Below the pieces are notes generated by a model. It saw only the letters and a program-made list of their open reading frames with translations, was not told the DNA's origin and searched no databases. From assembly GCA_964640175.1 (NCBI GenBank), contig CAZXFW010000001.1:160460-224459 (forward strand): a stretch of 64,000 bases of DNA, given 5' to 3'. Both the position numbers and the translations under genes were made by a program. Each line of letters starts with the position of its first letter. Within the stretch, counting starts at the first letter, position 1. Source of the stretch: an uncultured Polyangiales bacterium (GTDB lineage: Bacteria; Myxococcota_A; Polyangia; Polyangiales; GCA-016699535). Of this stretch, positions 59,371 to 64,000 are shown piece by piece.

Positions 59371-60555
59371 TTACGAGGTGGGGTAAAGGCCCAAAGGGGC
59401 CACAGGCTGGATAAACTTTCCCTGCCAAAGCAAAGTAAGAAACTCTTGCCAAGGATAAACCACGATGTTGTCATGGGTGCGTCGCATCTCACTGTCACGT
59501 GATACAAGCACATAATCACGAACCAGCTGTTCCTCCTTGAGCGCGCGCAGTCCTTTTAGGTGTTTGTCCGTCGCGAGGTTGGTTGATTTGATCTCAATGG
59601 CCATCTGCTTGCCGAGCACCAGATCGACTTCAAACTGGGAGGTGCTTCGCCAATACTGCATCTCTAAATCAACGCGAGCGTAACTCAAAAAGGCACGCAC
59701 TTCGTTGATAATAAAGTGCTCGAATGCTCGGCCAAAAAGCTCCGAACCGTCTAAGATCGCGCCCCGTTTGGCCAGGGTGTTCGTGATGCCGACATCAAAA
59801 AGATAAACTTTCTTGCGGGTGATCGCTTTTCGTTTCAGGGTGTATCGAAACGGAGCCAGTGCATATGCAATCAAGGTGTCTTCCGCGATTTGCAGATAGT
59901 TATGCAGGGTGCGCGCTGGAACACCGCAATCACTCGCCCAGGATTCGTAGTTGACTTCTTCACCATTACTTAGGGCGAGCGTATCAAGAAATCGAGCATA
60001 GTTCGGTAGGTTTCGCACGAGGCCTTCGGCCTGTATCTCTTCGCGCAAATAGAGATTGGCATAGCTGCGTAACTCCTCGTGAGGCACCCGACTTGTATAG
60101 ATCGCCGGAAGCCCTCCTCGGTTGAGATAGCGCAGCAGATCGAAGTCACTAATCTCCAAGAAGCTCAGCGGAAAAAGAGAAGCCCAGAAAGCACGTCCTG
60201 CGAGTAAATTCGCCGCACCTCGGCGTAGTTTACGCGCGCTGCTGCCAGTGAACAAAAAGCGTCTGCCCTCAAGCTCGATCAGGCGGTGCGCTTCGTCGAG
60301 GAGTTGCGGCAGTTTTTGGATCTCGTCAATGACAAGCAGCTGCTTCGGATCAGGATTCTGTTCCTGAAGCAGCTTGGGTCGACGCACTAATGACGCGAAG
60401 ATTTCGGCATCCAGTAAGTCGTATACACGGGCGTCGCTCAACTGCTGTCGAATGAGGGTGGTCTTACCTGTGGCTCGCGGCCCAAATAGAAAAAAAGACT
60501 TTAGTTTCAATAGGTTGGATAAATCCAACGCGCGCGTATAGATGATATTCCGCAT
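59371..60555 (-). CDS. AAA+ ATPase of the AAA_14/DUF4143 type
   Basis: Walker A FGPRATGKTTL, Walker B LLVIDEIQ. The C-terminal half resembles the DUF4143 region (YWRSTSQFEVDLVL). Confidence 0.75.
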   Translation of the reverse strand: MRNIIYTRALDLSNLLKLKSFFLFGPRATGKTTLIRQQLSDARVYDLLDAEIFASLVRRPKLLQEQNPDPKQLLVIDEIQKLPQLLDEAHRLIELEGRRFLFTGSSARKLRRGAANLLAGRAFWASLFPLSFLEISDFDLLRYLNRGGLPAIYTSRVPHEELRSYANLYLREEIQAEGLVRNLPNYARFLDTLALSNGEEVNYESWASDCGVPARTLHNYLQIAEDTLIAYALAPFRYTLKRKAITRKKVYLFDVGITNTLAKRGAILDGSELFGRAFEHFIINEVRAFLSYARVDLEMQYWRSTSQFEVDLVLGKQMAIEIKSTNLATDKHLKGLRALKEEQLVRDYVLVSRDSEMRRTHDNIVVYPWQEFLTLLWQGKFIQPVAPLGLYPTS

Positions 60556-60655
60556 GTCTATGACAGAATATCATGATAATCCGCCATAGAAAAGCGATCT
60601 GTCTTATCCTCGCAGAAGCTATTGCAGTCTGCATACTAAACCAGATATGACGCTA

Positions 60656-60672
60656 TTGCAATCCACTTGCAT
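60656..60672. promoter_or_regulatory. TTGCAA-N5-TTGCAT operator (copy d)
   Basis: TTGCAATCCACTTGCAT followed by TATGCT. The 27-nt block 60653-60679 is identical to 56804-56830 except for one base. Confidence 0.55.
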
Positions 60673-60704
60673 TATGCTAGTAGTAGCCGCAAAGAGTGCC
60701 CTGT

Positions 60705-61622
60705 ATGAGTTTTTTTCGATTTCTGATCGCCGCAATAACCCTTTGTGTTCTAGGTTGCGCAGCACAAACACAACAGAACCCCATCGAAAGCGATGGCAAC
60801 GGACAACAACTATGTGGCGCAGTCGAGGATATCATCGTCCATGGGTGCGCGGGCCACGGCAGAGCCGCTTTAACCAATCCCAGCTTTCCTCCGCAGGTTT
60901 TTCCGATTCCCAACGCAGACATCGGGCTTTCCGACGCTCTTCCGATCGGGGCTGCACCGGAAGTCGCGCGTCTGGGACACACGGTATTCAAGCTCGAACT
61001 ATCCGATGGTCAACCCTTCTACGTTCTGCCAGAAGCGCCGATAGGCCACGAGTACGAAACGCAGCTCTGGAGCATTTTTGTGGGTGCCTACACAAGCGAC
61101 GGTGCCGTAGTCACGCCTCTACTGGAGATAAAAAGAAACGGAGAATGGGTAAACGCAGAGTATTCCATTGCCCCGCTCGGCGGGGGAGGTGCGGCTTGCC
61201 AAGGCATGTTCTCACACGAACAATCCTTTTTGCTGCAACGGTTACTGCCCTACGAAGTAAGGGTTTTGGCTCCAGGAGCAGACACCATCTTCGTACTCTT
61301 CGATCCGTCTTGGCAGCTCTACTTCGACCAAACCAATGGATATCGTTGCCAAAGTGTCGTCGAGGAGATGCTCACATCGATCGCTACTCCCGCCCTGGAA
61401 TGCGGAGCGGAGCCCGATTACAAGGTGATCGATGGAGTTTGCATGCCAAGTTGCGGCCAAGCTTCGCGCAACTATTACGGTGCGAACCACCTACGCGGCG
61501 ACGATACGGCAGAAGAACAGCGCGCGTATTTAGCCTGTGTTGATTCGGGCATAGCCACGGGAGATTCCCTAGACCTCGGCAACACCCACGACTGCACAAA
61601 ATGCATTCTCGTATGGCCCTAA
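60705..61622 (+). CDS. H-x-C-x2-H lipoprotein, paralogue 1
   Basis: Lipobox VLGC. VHGCAGH motif followed by GHTVFKLEL. 305 aa from ATG 60705. Confidence 0.55.
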   Translation: MSFFRFLIAAITLCVLGCAAQTQQNPIESDGNGQQLCGAVEDIIVHGCAGHGRAALTNPSFPPQVFPIPNADIGLSDALPIGAAPEVARLGHTVFKLELSDGQPFYVLPEAPIGHEYETQLWSIFVGAYTSDGAVVTPLLEIKRNGEWVNAEYSIAPLGGGGAACQGMFSHEQSFLLQRLLPYEVRVLAPGADTIFVLFDPSWQLYFDQTNGYRCQSVVEEMLTSIATPALECGAEPDYKVIDGVCMPSCGQASRNYYGANHLRGDDTAEEQRAYLACVDSGIATGDSLDLGNTHDCTKCILVWP

Positions 61623-62710
61623 CACCACGATTCATTAGCGCCTTGCTATTTTTCTTCTCGGCCTGCGCAGTTAGCAGCTCTGATGAATTGGATAGCCAAC
61701 AGAGCTCCCTGGCAAGCTTCTGCTCCGGCGGCGTTAGCCTTGCAGCTCCAAGCTGCTCCGCACTTGATGCCTCGCATCAAATTCATATCTGTGGGCATGA
61801 TTCATTGGCGCTGGATCCCGAGGCTGAAGCTTCTGGATGGATTTTACGAGGGGATGGTGTTCGGTCGCCTAAGCCTCATACGGTCTACAAACTGACCCAG
61901 GACAACACCATGTCCTTCGCTCAGAGTTTCATATCCGAAGTCGCGATTGTCACCAAAAATCTCAGTCTGTCTGTACCGAACGCCACTGCCATCTATCAGG
62001 GGCCCAATGGTTGCACAGAGGGATTCTTCACTCAAACCTCCAGCTATTTTGTGGGCGCCGGCAGCGAACTGGACTTGAGGCTTTCGATTGAAAATCCTGA
62101 GGAGGACGGTTTTCTGTTGATCGATCCGGAAACAGTCGTGCAAGAAGTCAAGCTTGACGGCGATTGTGACGGTACGGGGGGCGCTTCTTTCTGGATCGCC
62201 AATCCAGAGGCGCGTGGCTGCAAAGGGAGCGTCGGAACGGATTCGGCACCCGATCCCAACGACGCGGATCCTTGCACGCCGAATATCAGTGCGGCCCCAT
62301 CATGCGCTCCAGAGCAGCCGAAGGACGGCTCCGAGAGTGAGGAGGAGTCAACCGAAGAGGATGAACATCCAAATCAAAGTACCTATTCCGTTTGTGACCT
62401 AAATACCTTTCCATCCAATTGCTATCTTCGAAACATTGATGGAGCGGCTCGCGCGACTGATGCACGCGATGCCGATGCCAGTGCTCAGCCCCTCGCACTC
62501 GCATGCACCTACGATGCCATCGCTGCCGTCGGTGGAGAGTACCCTGGGCTTGATAAAGGTGAGCGCTGGCGTTGCGAACAGGATCAAACACAAAATCGCT
62601 TGTGGTGGGCTGGACCCTATTGCGAGCAGGGTTACCAAGAATGCCCGTATTACCAACGAACCACTAAAGCTGTTCGTTGTTGGCCACAGAATCAGGCTTG
62701 CCCGGAATAA
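61613..62710 (+). CDS. H-x-C-x-H lipoprotein, paralogue 2 (with acidic Cys-rich C-terminal extension)
   Basis: Lipobox FFSAC. IHICGHD motif followed by PHTVYKLT. Start overlaps the upstream stop. Confidence 0.55.
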   Translation: MALTPRFISALLFFFSACAVSSSDELDSQQSSLASFCSGGVSLAAPSCSALDASHQIHICGHDSLALDPEAEASGWILRGDGVRSPKPHTVYKLTQDNTMSFAQSFISEVAIVTKNLSLSVPNATAIYQGPNGCTEGFFTQTSSYFVGAGSELDLRLSIENPEEDGFLLIDPETVVQEVKLDGDCDGTGGASFWIANPEARGCKGSVGTDSAPDPNDADPCTPNISAAPSCAPEQPKDGSESEEESTEEDEHPNQSTYSVCDLNTFPSNCYLRNIDGAARATDARDADASAQPLALACTYDAIAAVGGEYPGLDKGERWRCEQDQTQNRLWWAGPYCEQGYQECPYYQRTTKAVRCWPQNQACPE

Positions 62711-62714
62711 AACG

Positions 62715-63383
62715 ATGCACATCACCCAACGCACAATGATGTCATGGTTCCTAGTGTTTATGTCACTCGTGGGCTGTGCCGCCGACACAGGGAGTAAGGA
62801 ACCCAACACGCCGCAATCCGGCGACGGAGACGCCGGTACGAAAGACGACACCGGCCCCAACCTTCCGCAATTCACTCTCGAAGAGGACCCCTGCGCGTCT
62901 ATGCTTATCCCAGGAGCAGTGGACCACGCATGCATTCATGCGCTGCGAGGTCCCTATTCGACCGTAAAGGCCAGTGGCACCTTTGACACAGATGTTAACA
63001 TCTCCGAACGCCATACGTTTTTCACCATTGAACTCTCAGAAACTGAAGGTGGTTATCACGGATACCTGCGGTTTCGCCATGAACAGCCCGTCGCCTTCCC
63101 CAATTATCCGCAACCCTACTTCATGCTGGGCACAGGAAACGAAAACTTACAATTGTTCGTACTTGATTCGGCTCAAAATCCAAGCACTGCGCGCTATGCA
63201 GATAGGGTTAGCCCCAGAAACCCTCAGTGCGGTTTGCGCTATGCCTTTGTCTACCCCCTTGCTACCGCCCTCACACATACCTTTTACCTCTACTCACCCA
63301 CGCGTTCCGAAGTGACCTTGGTTGCAGAGCACCTTTTCGACTACGTGGATGCCCAGTGGGTGCAGGAGTGTGCGGATGAATAG
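62715..63383 (+). CDS. H-x-C-x-H lipoprotein, paralogue 3
   Basis: Lipobox SLVGC. DHACIHA motif followed by RHTFFTIEL. ATG 62715 lies just after the upstream stop; the ORF-track start at 62436 lies inside the previous gene. Confidence 0.55.
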   Translation: MHITQRTMMSWFLVFMSLVGCAADTGSKEPNTPQSGDGDAGTKDDTGPNLPQFTLEEDPCASMLIPGAVDHACIHALRGPYSTVKASGTFDTDVNISERHTFFTIELSETEGGYHGYLRFRHEQPVAFPNYPQPYFMLGTGNENLQLFVLDSAQNPSTARYADRVSPRNPQCGLRYAFVYPLATALTHTFYLYSPTRSEVTLVAEHLFDYVDAQWVQECADE

Positions 63384-64000
63384 CCCCGCCGTGCGATTTC
63401 TTACTTGGTTTGTCGCTGCTTTTTGCGCTCTTGCCTTTGCTTGCACAGAGGAGGATGCCGGATCCATCTCGATCCTCTTGGAGCCTGAAACCACCATCTT
63501 GGATGGAATCTTGCCTGGCGATGACGTCGAGCATATTCGTGACGGCTGGGAGGTACGGTTTGACAAATACGTCGCCGTGGTTGGGGATGTGTTGCTGAAG
63601 CGTTCCAACGACCAGCAAGTCACTGCGCAGGACCGCACTATTTATGCAGTTGACCTTCATACCTTGCCGGCTAACGGGATAACTCTTTGGAGAATCGAGG
63701 ACCTGGCGTCGGTGCGTTGGGACTTTACCTATGCGCTTTCGGGAGGCATTCATGGTGCGTTGCAACACGAGAGCGTGAGCGATAGCGACTTTCACGACAT
63801 CGTGGATCACGATTGGAGCTACCTTATTGAAGGAAGCATAATCAACGTACAAGGTGTAACGTGTCCTCCGCCTGATGTAGCCGAACCTGGTTCTATTCAA
63901 AGCACCGAGGAACGCCGCGGTGTCCCTTGCTACCCGAATCCCGAAATCAGTTTTCGCTTTGCACTAACGGCAGAAACGCTCTACGGTCCGTGCGAAATCG
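63376..64000 (+). CDS. DGW-family lipoprotein, paralogue of 55224-56192 (3' end outside window)
   Basis: Absent from the ORF track because it has no stop in the window. ATG 63376 overlaps the upstream stop (ATGAATAG). Lipobox LAFAC. I read it through to base 64000 without a stop. Confidence 0.6.
   Translation, partial: MNSPAVRFLTWFVAAFCALAFACTEEDAGSISILLEPETTILDGILPGDDVEHIRDGWEVRFDKYVAVVGDVLLKRSNDQQVTAQDRTIYAVDLHTLPANGITLWRIEDLASVRWDFTYALSGGIHGALQHESVSDSDFHDIVDHDWSYLIEGSIINVQGVTCPPPDVAEPGSIQSTEERRGVPCYPNPEISFRFALTAETLYGPCEI

Noticed and set aside
60647-61543. 298-aa plus-strand ORF, extremely Arg/Ser/Cys-rich, overlapping the 60705 lipoprotein gene in another frame
   Set aside because: The composition is typical of an off-frame read of a GC-rich gene. 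It has no signal peptide or motifs. The overlapping frame has a lipobox and paralogues downstream.
63271-63900. 209-aa minus-strand ORF at the right end of the window
   Set aside because: It is antisense to two better-supported plus-strand genes (paralogue evidence and lipoboxes). Its Arg-rich, low-information sequence adds no support.

Overview
This 64-kb window covers the replication-origin region (dnaA-dnaN-recF) of a Gram-negative chromosome. Its gene content looks Myxococcota/Bradymonadia-like: many lipobox lipoproteins, FG-GAP proteins, a sigma-54 activator and Cys-rich secreted proteins. That taxonomic guess is inference only. All family calls were made by eye from motifs in the supplied ORF translations; no BLAST or HMM search was run.

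Recognisable housekeeping genes: partial ggt, a PP2C phosphatase, two ABC permeases, aguA/aguB, dnaA, dnaN, recF, dnaJ, rluD-like, an ABC-2 exporter, uvrB, serC, tRNA-Ala(CGC), bioD/bioF, a cbpA-like J-protein, uppS, cdsA, gdhA, a MaoC dehydratase and rpsU.

Accessory content:
- A mosaic carotenoid cluster: crtI, crtB, a methyltransferase, an FAD oxidoreductase, a Rieske oxygenase and crtY.
- A divergent tubulin/FtsZ-like GTPase translationally coupled to the Rieske oxygenase.
- An orphan FliI/YscN-type ATPase transcribed with crtY.
- A sigma-54 response regulator flanked by two small secreted-protein genes, each with a -24/-12-type promoter.
- An exported FAM20 (Golgi casein kinase)-like protein beside a NAGPA-like phosphodiester glycosidase.
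- A Fic protein with a degenerate active site.
- An Omp85 / hypothetical / NtrY-like kinase operon.

Best candidate for an undescribed system (about 51.8-64.0 kb): a Fur-family regulator sits among four promoters that share a TTGCAA-N5-TTGCAT operator. These promoters drive a TonB_C-fused TonB-dependent receptor, three paralogous lipoproteins with a DGW-x-V-x-F core, three tandem H-x-C-x(1,2)-H lipoproteins, and a His6/Cys-rich protein. None of these products could be assigned to a known family. I interpret this as a metal-responsive acquisition island of unknown mechanism and metal specificity.

No CRISPR array, rRNA, transposase or prophage signature was seen.
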